Part shown: positions 1 to 12,644 of the stretch, one piece after another
Position numbering within the stretch: the first letter of the stretch is position 1
How the letters are laid out: each line of letters starts with the position of its first letter
Source of the DNA: Intoshia linei
Lineage: Eukaryota > Animalia > Orthonectida
Length of the DNA stretch: 64,000 nt
NCBI GenBank assembly: GCA_001642005.1
Contig: LWCA01000043.1
Location: 1 to 64,000, forward strand
Direction of reading: 5' to 3'
The notes under the pieces: generated by a model
Seen by the model: only the letters and a program-made list of their open reading frames with translations
Databases searched by the model: none
What the model was told of the DNA's origin: nothing
Translations under genes and position numbers: made by a program

Positions 1-960
1 ATCTAGAATGGGGTGTTGCAAAGATGCCGATTCGAGTTGCGCTCATCATTTTAAACATTCTTTTGAAAATCGTATAGAAAAACTTAAACGTAACTTTTAC
101 AAAAACAACATTGTGGTAAGTTGTAATGGTTTATATTTTATTGTCTCAACACCCACGCTTAACGATACATTTCAATTTTTAAAATTTGATTCTAGCTCGA
201 TTTTTGTGGTTTTTCTCGACGTTCAAATTTCCGTCATTTGAAATGGTATTTTGAAAACGTCTAAATATTATTGCATAAATTCTATTAAGTTTTATTACTG
301 CTATTTTTGAAGAATAGATCCGTTTCGTCACAACTAAAGATGTTTTATTCATCAGACATAAACATTTTATTGACGAGTGCACTTTTAAAATCAATGATCA
401 AATATTTGTTCAGTTTTGGAATTATCAACAATTTTGTAAGATGAATATGTTTTGATAAAAACATTTGCAACCATTCATTTGAAGCCTTAAAATTATCCAC
501 ATTGCATTAGTCGGCTAATTGTAAAGCTTTATACTGTAATACGTCACCATTAATGGTTATATTCCTGGTTCTTTGCCTTTGAAACCTTTCGTATAATATC
601 GAATCAATTTGGTGTGTTTTTTTAAGGTTTTCTCTTTTGGCTCACATTTTCATTATCATTCAAAATACGTTCACGATTTGATAATAATTTATTCACGAAG
701 CCTAAAAATAAATAAAATTACAGCTAAAGAGTATATTAACGATTATTATACAAATATTAATTACATAATTAACTTAAAGATACATTGTGTTTTAAAACGA
801 GAAAAAGTTGTGTACTACGTTTGTCTTCATCAAACAAACGAATTAGTTCTTTCTTTGTAGATGCAGCTAAATCTTTTCTTCTTTTAATTAAATTTTCTTT
901 GTTCATGTTGCAAAAATAAAAAACTTTCGAAAAGCACGTTTTGTATGTTACAGGCAATTT
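1..960 (-). mobile_element. Degenerate pogo/Tigger-family DNA transposase relic
   Basis: Minus-strand translation gives an N-terminal HTH (RRKDLAASTKKELIRLFDE), a CENP-B-type HTH (RFQRQRTRNITINGDVLQYKALQLAD*CNVDNFKASNEWLQMF, ~460-590) and the first catalytic motif NIFSCDETDLFFK (~306-344). Stops and frameshifts are present. Confidence 0.85.
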
Positions 961-2043
961 TCAATTTTTGATTTTATGTTTATTTTTGAAGGTTTGTATT
1001 GTTATCGTTAATTTAAGAATTTAAGTTAAGAATCATTTAATTTAATTGATTTTTAAAGCTTGTTTATTTAGATACAGACCCCAGTTAAAACTGAAATATT
1101 AACATTAATTATTTACCTACAAACCTGTTTTTTTTGAACAAATGATTCTCATTTCTAATTACAGTGCGCGACACCTATTAGGAGGATGTAAATAAATACG
1201 CATCTAAATAAAAATTAAAATGTTGTATTGTGAAAATGTATCAATATTATGCATATTATTGCAACGCAAAAGTTAAAATTTTAAATTTAACGTTAAAGGC
1301 TTTACGTGTGATTTCAGGAGGTGGCCTATAATTTGAATTATTTTTAACAATAAATACCACAAAAAAACTAATAGTATTTCATATACATTCACAAAATGAA
1401 TCCAGAATTCAAAATCTTAATAAACCTCACCCTAATATTTGGTAAAAAAATATTCTGAAAATTCTTTTTCAAGTGTTTGGCTACAAAAAATGTTAAAAAA
1501 CCCTCCCATTTAAGTTTGGTAAAAAATAAACATTCATTAGAATAACATAATTTGAATATTCAAATAAACAAAGTTATTAAATTTATAAATAAACACAGTG
1601 CATTCACCATTTCTGGAATAGTAATAAATATAATCTATTGATGTTAACTAAAATTCAAGACAGCCAATTTCATTATGTTTGTAAAAGAATTTTTTAAGAA
1701 TCGTGGTTTTATGTAAGTTTATAAACCGGTAGAACTGATTGCTAATTTAGTGAAAATTAACTTATTGTATGAAACTTACAAATATCACGATTTTCGGTAT
1801 AACAAATATGGTATTATTAAAAATATTTCATCAAAAGAAATTCCGTATCTCAAAATAAATATTTAATTTTCATCCGTTTCATTATTCAATTTTATGAAAC
1901 TATTAACTAATTGGTTTTTGTAATTCCATTGTAATGTCAAGAACTTGTCAAAATTTGATCAGATAAACAAAACCATATAAATAATTGATTAACTAAACAA
2001 TATGTTCTCCAACAATATTTGTAAAATCTTTGATAGAAACCTA

Positions 2044-2530
2044 TCTTAACTTATATAATATGGTACGCGATTTTTGTTTGTTTGTGTGTTTCACTTTATT
2101 GAAATAATTACTAGTCTTAAAATTTTATAAATTCCACATTTCAATTACAGTTTTTTCCGGGTTATAAATAGATAAATTTCAACCTCCCAAACTCACATCT
2201 TACGGGTCAAAAACCCCAATTGTGCCTCTTTTTGAAAATCAAACGAGTTGAAGAATTTAAAAAAATTTAAAAGATTTACTATTCGTCAAGAATTTTTTCA
2301 TTGACTTTACTGTACTCTTTACATAAATTCTGGATAGTTTTTAAAATCATCAACATTCTCATAAATGGAAACCTTAAAAAAAATAATTTCACAATTAAAA
2401 CCCCACATTACCATTTTTCTTTATAATAAAAACAGCCTTATAATTAAAAAAAAGTACAGATAGTACAGTTGTATCCTGTTAACATACACAATAAATTCCA
2501 ATCTAAATAAGTGACGCTTTTACGGTCAAA
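2044..2530 (+). mobile_element. Non-autonomous Helitron-like repeat, 5' part
   Basis: Starts a|TCTTAACTTATATAATATG. Colinear with copies at 63237, 60367 and 51589(-), sharing ccacatttcaatta, aactcacatctta.gggtcaaaa and tttgaaaatcaaacga. Confidence 0.7.
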
Positions 2531-3703
2531 AAAAAATATTAAGAATAAAAAAAATTTTTAATTAAAATAACGTTTCACAATTTTCCATATAATCGGTCCG
2601 ACCATGGGGCGCAAATTTTGGTTAACACTAAGGTTTGATTTATTTAATAATTTAAAAAATGAGACTGGTCATAGAAATTGCTTAAAAAAATAATTAAAAG
2701 AGAAATAATGGAGACTAAAATGTATAATGAAAATTAGGATATGAGGCACTTTAAAAATATTTCAATATTGATGTCTGTAAATTGACTTGACCGTATTTGC
2801 TTTCCAGATTTGATACGGACCATTTCCCAGTTTATAAATAAAAGTACTCCATGTTAATTCTGTCTTTTGTTATTTCATAATTTACATCATTAATTTTTAG
2901 AGAACGTATACGATATGGCAATGCCGTCCATGAAAGGTTATAATAAGAATCTTCATTGTAAAGGTTTCAACTGAATTTTATTTAAAATATAGTATTTCAT
3001 GGAATATTTTAAAATTAATCAATAATTTCAAGGTACAGGTTTATCGGTTTCAGAAAAAATTTTCTTGGTGTATCAACCCATACCGACCGTTAATATTTAA
3101 AAAATATTTTGTTGACTCATACGATAGTCGTCCCGCACACGGTCTACGGGGTTATAAGACTCCTGACTTTCCATTTCGCAGGTTATCGCATATCGGCTAT
3201 CTTATCAAGTTTTTTAAATAAAAATTTACCATTTAAGAAATATTAAAATGTCGAGTAATTAAAAATGTATATAATGTAAAATTTGTATAATTAGAAGCAT
3301 GAAAGCACTACGCCAAAATTCAAATGAATCTATAAAATTACCAAATAAAAAGTTTTTTATGTCGACAATAATATTTTCATTGGCAATGATTTTAATTTTT
3401 ACGTTCATTTGCTTATTTGGTAATTCACAATTTATAATAATGTTAATATTGTAATGTATAGTAGCAAGTTTCATGCAAAATAGTGACAATTCTATACAAA
3501 ATAACCTTCTCTCGACTACATTTAGCACAATCAATTATAATAATGCTAAAAACGTTACACAGGACTGTTCCATCAGTGGTTTTGTTGAAATGTGGTCATC
3601 TGTTTTATAGATTTTAAAATGCAAAAAGCTCATTAAAGTGCAAGTTGAAGCTCCATTTAATAATTTATTAATTTATGGTAAATTCAATTCAATTCCATCT
3701 CAT

Positions 3704-4080
3704 TCAATCTACCATGTTGATCAAATATTTGTTATGGTGGGCTGTATAAAGCATGGGTCCTATGATGTCAATTTGCCAAAGATCGTTGAACTTAGTAATT
3801 TGAACTGGTTTCATCGGTGAATTCCTTCCATGATTTCTGATCTTTGGAGAACTACATTTATTACACTTCAAAAGGTATTCTTGAATTAGTTTCATTAAGT
3901 ATTGCGTTGCTTCATTATGCGTTGGAAAGTGGCTAATGCATTCGTAAGACCCATTGGCATTACCTTAAATTGGAATACTTTTGATCCTTAACCGCATGAA
4001 AATGCTGTTTTATGACCATCCTTTTGTAGAATCGGTACTTGCCAATATTTGGATTTAAAGTCTAATGTTGTAAATATTGT
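3704..4080 (-). mobile_element. Ty3/gypsy pol relic (RT fragment abutting an integrase fragment)
   Basis: RT: FTTLDFKSKYWQVPILQKDGHKTAFSCG*GSKVFQFKVMPMGLTNALATFQRIM. It is followed directly by integrase sequence KCNKC...PMKPVQITKFNDLWQIDIIGPMLYTAHHNKYLINMVD (Zn-finger Cys pair and core start). Confidence 0.9.
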
Positions 4081-4434
4081 TTTCATTGTTTTTTTTTACA
4101 CTGGACTCTGATTGGAGTAAAAACGATATTACTTAGTTTTCAACAATTTTATCCATTATACATTGATTATAATCTACTTAAGTATACTTTATATAATTGA
4201 CATTGATAAGATCATTAATTGGTAAAACTTAAACGCAAATATAAATGTTAATAATCTGGATTATGGCCCGAATTTGATTAGAAGTAAATAAGGTCCTAGA
4301 CAATTTGACGGTCAATATCGGTCAAAATTTGTTGTTTTTTTTATATTGTTGACGAACCTTTTATGTTCAAAGTTACATGTTAGACTTAATCAAAGTGAAG
4401 TTGACGAATCAATTGACTCTTTTAAAAGATAAAA

Positions 4435-6085
4435 ATGGAATTCATTTTATCTTGTATCGGTTATGCCGTTAGTTTTGGTAATGTGTGGAGGTTCCCATAT
4501 CTGTGTTACAAACACGGTGGAGCGATTTTTTTGATACCTTACTCTATAATGCTCATTTTAATTGGAATTCCCATTTTTTGCCTAGAATTGATTATTGGAC
4601 AGTTTACCAGTCGCGGGCCAATAAATTGCTTTAAACATACGCCTATTCTAAAAAGCATTGGGCTTAGTATGGTGATAGTTTCTGTATTAATTGCGCTGTA
4701 TTATAATATAATCATCGGGTGGGCTGCTCTCTATTTAGCAAAGTCTTTGATAAGTGTTTTGCCGTGGAGCAGCTGCGTGGTGGGTTTCAAAAATATACGA
4801 ATGGAACATGCTATAATGGGAAAATTTTAGTTGGGTTGTCCAATGCAACTCTTGCTATGCAAAATGGAATAAAACCCAAATTACCGGCAGAAGGATACTT
4901 TTTGAATGAGGTATTAGGCATATCAAAATCAAATCATTTGTTCGATTTCGTTGAAATAAAATGGCAAGTTGCGCTGTCTCTATTCATCATGTGGGTCATT
5001 ATATTTTTTTCAATGTGCAGAGGAATTTAATCTTCAAGTAAGGTGGTTTATTTTATGGCTTTATTTCCCTATTTAATGCTCATAATTCTATTTATTAGGG
5101 CCGTAACATTAGAGGGTGCATCAGAGGGTATCCGCTTTTATTTATTAAATGTTAAATGGGAGGCCTTATTAACTGAGCCATTTGAAAGGATGCTGCAGTA
5201 CAAATATTTTTCTCACTGCCTGCCGGTATAGGAGGGTTAATAACGTTGGGTTCGTATAATGAATTCAACAACAATGTGTTGAGAGATGCTTTATTAATCC
5301 CTATAACCAATTGCTTAACCAGTTTTTTTGTGGGCTTTGTCATTTTCGGGTTTTTGGGATTCTTAGCCGGACAATTAAACACAAGTGTCGATGAAGGTGT
5401 GGCTGGAGGTGTAGGTTTAGCGTTTATAGTTTATCTTGCGACTATATCTTATATGAAATTATCTCCATTATAGAGTGTAATGTTTTTTACAATGTTAATA
5501 ACTTTAGGATTGGATTCGGAATTTACACTCATTGAAACGGTCACGACGGCCATATTTGACAATTTTCCAAAACTCAAAAAAAGGAAATGGTTAACTTTTC
5601 TTGTTGCGTGTTCAATTATTTTCATTCTTGCTCTCCCAATGTGCACAAATGGTGGTGTTAGGTTCCTTGATATACTTGATGTTTATTCAGCTTCATTTAA
5701 TGTTTTTATTATTGCAATATTGGAATGCGTCATGATATCGTATTGGTATGGACTCAAAAATATAAAAAATGACATCTCCGACATGATTGGTACTGAAAGA
5801 TTTCTTTTTCCAGTTTGAGCCGCTTGTTGGAGTTTCCTTACTCCAGTAACAATTATATTTATTTTAGTCTTTAACTGTATCGACTACACAAGCTTATATT
5901 CTAATGACAATAAATATTTGGTTTGGTCCGATATTTTTGGCTGGTCAATTACAATTATATCTCTATTGCCAATAATTGTTGTAGCTTTATATCAAATTTT
6001 CAAGGAGATATCAACAGACACAGGTTTTTTGGGTGCCATCATAAAAGCCAAAAATGCGAATTACCCTATACGATCAAAAAAATAA
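4435..6085 (+). pseudogene. Intronless SLC6 Na+/Cl- dependent neurotransmitter/amino-acid transporter pseudogene
   Basis: SLC6 signature EFILSCIGYAVSFGNVWRFPYLCYKHGGAIFL, plus [20 protein letters not shown] and FFTMLITLGLDSEF. Disrupted by frameshifts (~4790, ~5180) and stops at 5028 (TAA), 5183 (TGA), 5471 (TAG) and 5816 (TGA). The reconstructed frame ends at TAA 6083-6085. Confidence 0.93.
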
Positions 6086-7219
6086 AGGCATTATATATTT
6101 ATATTATTTGTATATTTTAAATAAACATGTAATATTCAATTTTAACGAATTATTCAGTTATTCCATTTCATTTATATTGTAGTATACATTGATTATGTAG
6201 TCAGTGGTTCTCAACTTTTTAACATTAAAAACTTTTATATTTTCCAAATTATGAAAATTATCATAAACTTATAAAAAATTAACGGCCATAAACACCAAAT
6301 TACCCAATAGTTTAAATAATGAAAAAACTAATAGTCCTAAAATTTAAAACAATATTACATTTAATAAAACTTTGTCCAGTTAACCTATTCAAAAATTTTT
6401 AATGTCATAGTTAATCTTTCACGATCAGAAAAGCAATTTACTATATCGCAGTGTTAGAGTTATAATGTTCTATCTGCATAAACATAGTTTTTCATAAATC
6501 GACTTTAAAATTTAAAAGTACTATATTGCCTAAAATATAATTTTTATGTTGAAATTTAATTATACTATTGAGTTTTTTAATATTTGTTAAAGTATATCGA
6601 AAAATTTCGTACAATAAAAATAATAACATTAGGGTTTTTCAGAACTTAAATTTCACTAATAGAACAATCTGTATAACTATTTGATTTGGAAAAAATGCAA
6701 ATAGAACATTATTCTATAGAAATTATTAACATTTAACATTTTTATCATCAAAATTAATTTTTATCAATTTATATTTAAATTATAGAATTCTTTACTCATT
6801 GTCCATTTTGATTAACATAGTTTTAATATATTTCTTTTTAGAATCTAAGGTTATTTTTAATAAGAATTTGATAATTTTGTAAGGAATTATCAAGTCGAGA
6901 TATAGTAATTGAACCAGTAAATGTTCGTTATATAATATAATAATACGTTTTCAAGCTTATTTTTTTTGGTAAAAATGTAAAAGATATGATTTAAAACATT
7001 TTTCATAACAAACCTCATTTTTGACAAAAATGCAGATAGAACATTATAACAGAATTAATATTTTTTAATATTAACAAACACTGCGATATACTATTTTTAT
7101 AGAAATTATTTTAAAATATGAAATAATTAACGGTCTAAGAATATAAAAATGATTATTCTGATACAGCTTATTCCATTTGATATTTGTACAAAATTTCAAC
7201 CCTAGAAATCAAAGTAAAT

Positions 7220-7420
7220 TAAATTTAATGGGAATTCATCGACCTCGATTAGCGTGGCATGACGGAACATCTGTGCAATATATTCTTGTGGCTTAGTTAT
7301 GTGTCTAGTTAACCCTATAGAGAATGTACTTTGTGTGAATACGTTTATTATCCAGTATTGGTCAATTGAATTTGGTGATAAATTATTTATAAATTGAAAC
7401 AATCTAGTCACCTGCAAAAT
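7220..7420 (-). mobile_element. Possible IS630/Tc1-like transposase fragment
   Basis: Across frameshifts the sequence reads FQFINNLSPNS / ILDNKRIHTK / MPR*SRSMN. This resembles the DNxxxH and LPPYSPDLNPIE motifs, but the match is weak. Confidence 0.35.
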
Positions 7421-7884
7421 CATATTTAAGGCCTCAAAAAATGTTTTTATAAATGAAATAAATGTAAAGGTTTTTATGTGAAACCCTTCTATCTAGAATT
7501 GGCGGAGATGGTATTTAAAAGGGCTAATGAGAAAATATACCACTTAAAATCTAATTAAATGTTGGAACAAGTTTGATTAGAATCCATAAAATGAGATTCA
7601 TTTATGATTTTTATTAATATAATACATTGTACAATAAGGTGTCTCAAAAAAAAATGAAAGATTATATTTTAGAATATCCTTAAGTATATTAGTTATCAAG
7701 TAGAAAAAAATGATAATTCCAAAATATTAATTCATTCCAACCAATATTGAAGATAGGTTGGGAATATATTTTCCAAATAAAAAAAAAAAACAACTAAAGT
7801 GCTTTTTTGACTGTGAAGTCACTTTATCAGATTCTTTTCTATCTATTTAACTAAAAAAACTGAAACAAACAAAACATTTATTTA

Positions 7885-10786
7885 TATAATTGGAAATTGA
7901 CATAAATAATATACATAAATTTGCTCAACTTTTAACGTATAACATAATGTAAACAAGTTGTTCTAAATTGTTAAATATAAGCATTTTATACCAACTTTAC
8001 CTTGAAAATCGGTACTTTTTTTGGTACATTTACTTTGACTTTTCATGAATTTAAATTTACGTTGTAAAAATGGTATTTGATACTTATATCTAAAATATAA
8101 ATGATTAATAAAAATTTCATGTACTTGAATTTTTTTTCAATTAATTTCCAATCGATAGAAAATTGGTGAACAGGTTTTTGTTTATATATTCTAAACTAAT
8201 ATAAAACTGTAAAATTTTAAAATACCTCTTGATTAGTCTGTAATTTTTGATAGGGTTCCATTTTCTAGTCTGAACAATCACAGATTGAACCCTATTTAAT
8301 AAAATTATTTTTTGATATAAATTTTTCAACTAAATTCAATGCAATCGTATAATAAGTATTAAAATGCAGTGTAGATGAGTTACCGTATTAACACTATATG
8401 TGTATTTTTTTACTGAACAAAATGGAATTGAAATAAACCATTCCATAACTCAATGGAAAAAATATTCCCATTTATTTAATCTACATAATCTGTTTGCTAA
8501 TACAAATTATGTTATACAATCCGTGAAAAATGTGTGCAACATTTTCGAGTCCCAAGATTCTAATTTCGCGCGAAGTAGAAACGTGCCTGAAAATAATCTA
8601 GTAAAGGTGTCGTGACAAATATTTTGAGAAACAACGCTTAATACATAATACAATTATTAAATTTTAACAAAATATGCCAGTATTATACGCGGAATATTAA
8701 TAAATACATACCAATGATTCTTACATTGTTCAATACTTCTAGTTTTGACTTTTAGAATGATATCATCCCAAGGCATATCAGAATAAGATACATTATTACC
8801 CTTGCATTCAGCAATAGCCTCTAAAAAATTGGTACATTCCTTTTCATTCCATTTTCCAGAATCTAAAATTAAAGATATTAATACATATATAATCTATGAA
8901 TCTATGTATAATCCAATCAATTATATTATAACTGTAAATTTTCGAATTTTGCATAGCGTCCATTTTATTCTGTACAGATCTACCATTTCGACCCATATCA
9001 ATTCCAATTTTTACCCAGTTGTTTCCATTTATCTCGTGCAGTTTTATTAATTTTTCAATTTCTTCTTTGGTAAATTGACCCTTTTTGGTGTGACCGAGAC
9101 ACATACGATGAGCAGCATTATACACTGATATTTTACGTCTATTAAGCCCCTTGCCTAAAAATAAAAATTGAATAATACACCTTTTTTATATATGTAAATT
9201 TAATAAATTGTAAATCGAAAAGTATCAATATATAACACTGTCAATAAGTTTAGTTAATTATAAATTTTCAAAAATTACACATATAAGAATAGAATTCTAT
9301 TGTATTTCGTTTCTTTATTCTATTTTTACCAGTATAGTTGAAAATGTCAAATCTATCTTGTAAATCCTTATCCTATAATTTAAAAAATTTTTAATCGATA
9401 GTTACAATTTTCAATTATTTAAGGGTCTTGGCGTTTTTAGAATCAACTTATAAATTTTTTCAATTTTATGGTAAAAATTTCTAGAAAAAATGATAAGTCT
9501 TAAATACAAAATTTTAAAGAGAACTTACTAGAATGTAAATTTTAAGGATTAAAAACTGAAAAATGAAATTGATGGTAAACATAATTATTTAAATTATAAT
9601 TTAAAAGATGGCTTTTATCAGAAAAATCATCCTAAAAACGTCTTAAAATTTTAAATTATCATTTTTGGCTAATTTTATATAAATAATTAAAAAGTGATAT
9701 TTTTAGAAGAAAAATTACACACAAACCTTCAATTTACCCTTAAAATTTAAATCATTATTTTGAATAAATTCAAAATAGTGGTTTTTAAAAGAATATGACC
9801 ATCAAACCCTCTCAACAATTGACAAACATTTTTGAAATAAAACATCGAAAATTGTAGTTGTTAAAAGAAAAATGGCTTCAAAAATTCTCAAAATATGCCA
9901 AAAGGTTACACAATGCTTATCTTTGATAGAATTTAAATGAAAAATAAAAAATTGAGGTTTTTATCTTAAAAAAACCTCAAATCCTCTAAAAATTTACTTA
10001 AAAAATAGATAAACCTTTGAAATAAAATCATATGAAAAATTAAAAATGGAGGTTTTTACCTTAAAAAAACCCCCTCAAAACGTATTTAAAAATTTGATAA
10101 GCCTTTTTTAAAATAAAATCATATGAAGAATTAAAAATTGTAGTTATTAAAAGAAAAATGACCTCAAACCCTCTGACAACTTAATTAAAAATTGTAGTTT
10201 TTAAAAAAAAAATTGTCTCAAAACTTCTCAAAATATGCCTAAAAGTTACACAATGCTTATTTTTAATAGAATTTAAATAAAAAATGAAGGTTTTTATTAT
10301 AAAAAAAACCATCAAACCTCTCAAAGTTTACTTAAAAAATTGATAAGCCTTTTTTGAAATAAAATCATATGAAAAATTAAAAATTTAGGCATTTTAAAAG
10401 AAATATGGCCCTCAAAACCTGTACTAAATATACTATAAAATTAGAATGTTTATTTTTGATAGAATTAAAATGAAAAATTGAGGTTTTTATCTTAAAAATC
10501 CCTCAAACCCTCTCAAAATTTACTTTAAAAAATTATTAAGCATTTTTTGGAATAAAATCATATGAAAAATTAAAAATAGTGGTTTTTAGAAAAAAAAACG
10601 GCTCCCCAACTTCTCAAAATTACAAATACTAAAAAATATTTAATATCTTAAATGTATTACAAGTAAATACTAAAAAAATAGACTTACTTTGCAATATAGA
10701 TCAATGTTTTTGCTGAGTTGTTTCAATTCTTCGCTTGAATATCTTCCAGAGTTAAAAGTCTCATCTTCAATAAGAGTACTTTTCAT
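7885..10786 (-). CDS. Myb/SANT-repeat protein, TTF1/DMTF1 (Reb1-like) family; multi-exon
   Basis: Exon 1 (10786-10688) is MKSTLIEDETFNSGRYSSEELKQLSKNIDLYCK. Myb repeats: KKGQFTKEEIEKLIKLHEINGNNWVKIGIDMGRNGRSVQNKM and SGKWNEKECTNFLEAI...DMPWDDIILKVKTRSIEQCKNHW. The 3' end is approximate. Confidence 0.75.
9590..10620. repeat. Degenerate ~85-90 bp tandem repeat in intron 1 of the Myb gene
   Basis: Recurring unit ...gaaataaaatcatatgaaaaattaaaaat.g..gtttt...cctcaaaccctc..aaaattta.ttaaaaaattgataagcc..., about 10-12 diverged copies. Confidence 0.8.
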
Positions 10787-10891
10787 TGTTAATAACGATA
10801 ATTATCAAAAATTAAACAATAAAGTTTGTATCCTAGTAATTTTGACTGCGCGTGATTAAAAAATTTAAGCAAATATTACAATTTATTTAAA

Positions 10892-12448
10892 ATGTGGAAA
10901 TATTTGATATTTCTATTTCATTTCGGCCTTCTCGAATTGGGTAAAATTTTATTAACGAATCAAAACAAGTTTATTCAAAATATGCACTAAACTAGTGACA
11001 TAATTTAATTTACATGTAGTTTTTTTTATAATATAGTCATTCTAACTATTTAGATATTCCTATTCAAAATTGTAGTAAGTACAGTAGAGAATTAAAAATA
11101 TGCGTACAATGTGAATACAAGTATCGACTTGATTCCAATAAATGTCTGGGTAAACGAAATTATTTTATATATGTATAATATCAATAACCGTGAGTCACGG
11201 TCCGTGACTACAACCCGGAGGTTGATTACCGTATTGAACTAGATTTAAATATTTTTATTTAGAAACTATTATATGCACTACAACCTGCATTTATTAGGTG
11301 GTAAAAAATTTGTATTCAAATTTTTATATTTTTTTTCAGATGATTGCAATTCAAATCCGTGTTTAAATGGTAGTGATTGTATCGCTATATACAGCAGTCC
11401 ATATTTTCGATGTAAATGTTTATTTGGTTTTAGTGGAGTCCTATGTGAAACTAGTAATCTACACTTGTATATGAAATGTACCGTGTTATGTTCCAAATTT
11501 CTATCCTATTGTTGAAGCATTGTCCCACTAAATCACTGAAAAAATGTAAATAAAAAATTGAAACGTTTTTGAAAAGTTTACTGTTAGGAGTAATTATAAA
11601 AAATTTTGAACATGACAAAATACCTGTAAAATATTTCTAAATAATATAACATAAAAATAGAAATAAACTACTGTGAACCCAATCCATGTTTAAACAACGG
11701 CATATGTACAAGAATTAACAATAAAGAAAAATATACATGCACCTGTTCAACCCCATTCCAAGGCAAAAGCTGTCAAATTAGTAATTTAAGCTTTTAATCC
11801 AAACTTTTTTTAATTTAAATAATAATTAGGAGGTAATTGTGTTTATAAAAAACTATTTAAATTTTAAAAGACAAAATCTGCGTATTGAATCCATGCCAAA
11901 ATGAAAGCAGATGTGTTGAAACAGTGCATGCTCCGTTTTATTATTGTATATGCAATTCCGCTTACAGTGGTCGCGATTGCCAAAACCGTAATTTTAAAAA
12001 TATTAATGCAGTGTTCTCAACCCTATTAGCGACATAAAATCTGTTTCAAGGTTTTCATATCGACTACTGAAATTATTTTTTAAATGAAATGAACAATTTT
12101 AAACTAAACCAACATTTTTTTAACCTTCCACCACACAGGCTGGAAAAATGTCATGTACAATTTAACTAATATTCTAGTAATTTTATCTTGCAATCCAAAT
12201 CCATGCGATCAACACCACAAATGCAATATTAATTACGACATGTATACCTGTGAATGCCCGGAAGGGACTGCTGGAGCATCTTGTGAAAAACGTAAAATTT
12301 TGATTATATTTCTGTAGAATTTTTGAAAATAGCTCTCGATATATGTAAAACCGGCATTGTGAAACATGGGGGAAAATGTGAATATTCATACACTTGTTCT
12401 AATGTAATTTATTCAATTTATAAATATTTACTAAATTCAGGACAATAA
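10892..12448 (+). CDS. Small secreted protein with four EGF-like repeats
   Basis: Hydrophobic leader exon MWKYLIFLFHFGLLEL, one Cys-rich exon, then four phase-1 exons each coding one EGF domain (CNSNPCLNGSDC, CEPNPCLNNGIC, CVLNPCQNESRC, CNPNPCDQHHKC). Predicted stop is TAA 12446-12448; the C-terminus is uncertain. Confidence 0.8.
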
Positions 12449-12644
12449 TTCTGGTCAAACCACCCAAGAACAAAAATCATTTCAACAGGTATAATTTTTA
12501 AATTTTTTTTAATACTTAATATTTTCAAAGAAAACATGAACGGATACAACATAATTAACTGTATTTTACATACAAGTAAGTGATGAAATGTTCAATATTA
12601 AAATAGTTAAATAAATTTATTAAATCTCTCAAACTGACTACATT

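Noticed and set aside
5183-5818. Alternative genetic code (TGA/TAG read as Trp)
   Set aside because: The same gene has frameshifts and a TAA stop. Intact genes use TGG for Trp, and CDC27 terminates at TGA.
9590-10620. Regular repeats as a possible CRISPR array (also 24000-24330 and 40600-40950)
   Set aside because: The units are degenerate, have no unique spacers, lie in eukaryotic introns, and no cas genes are present.
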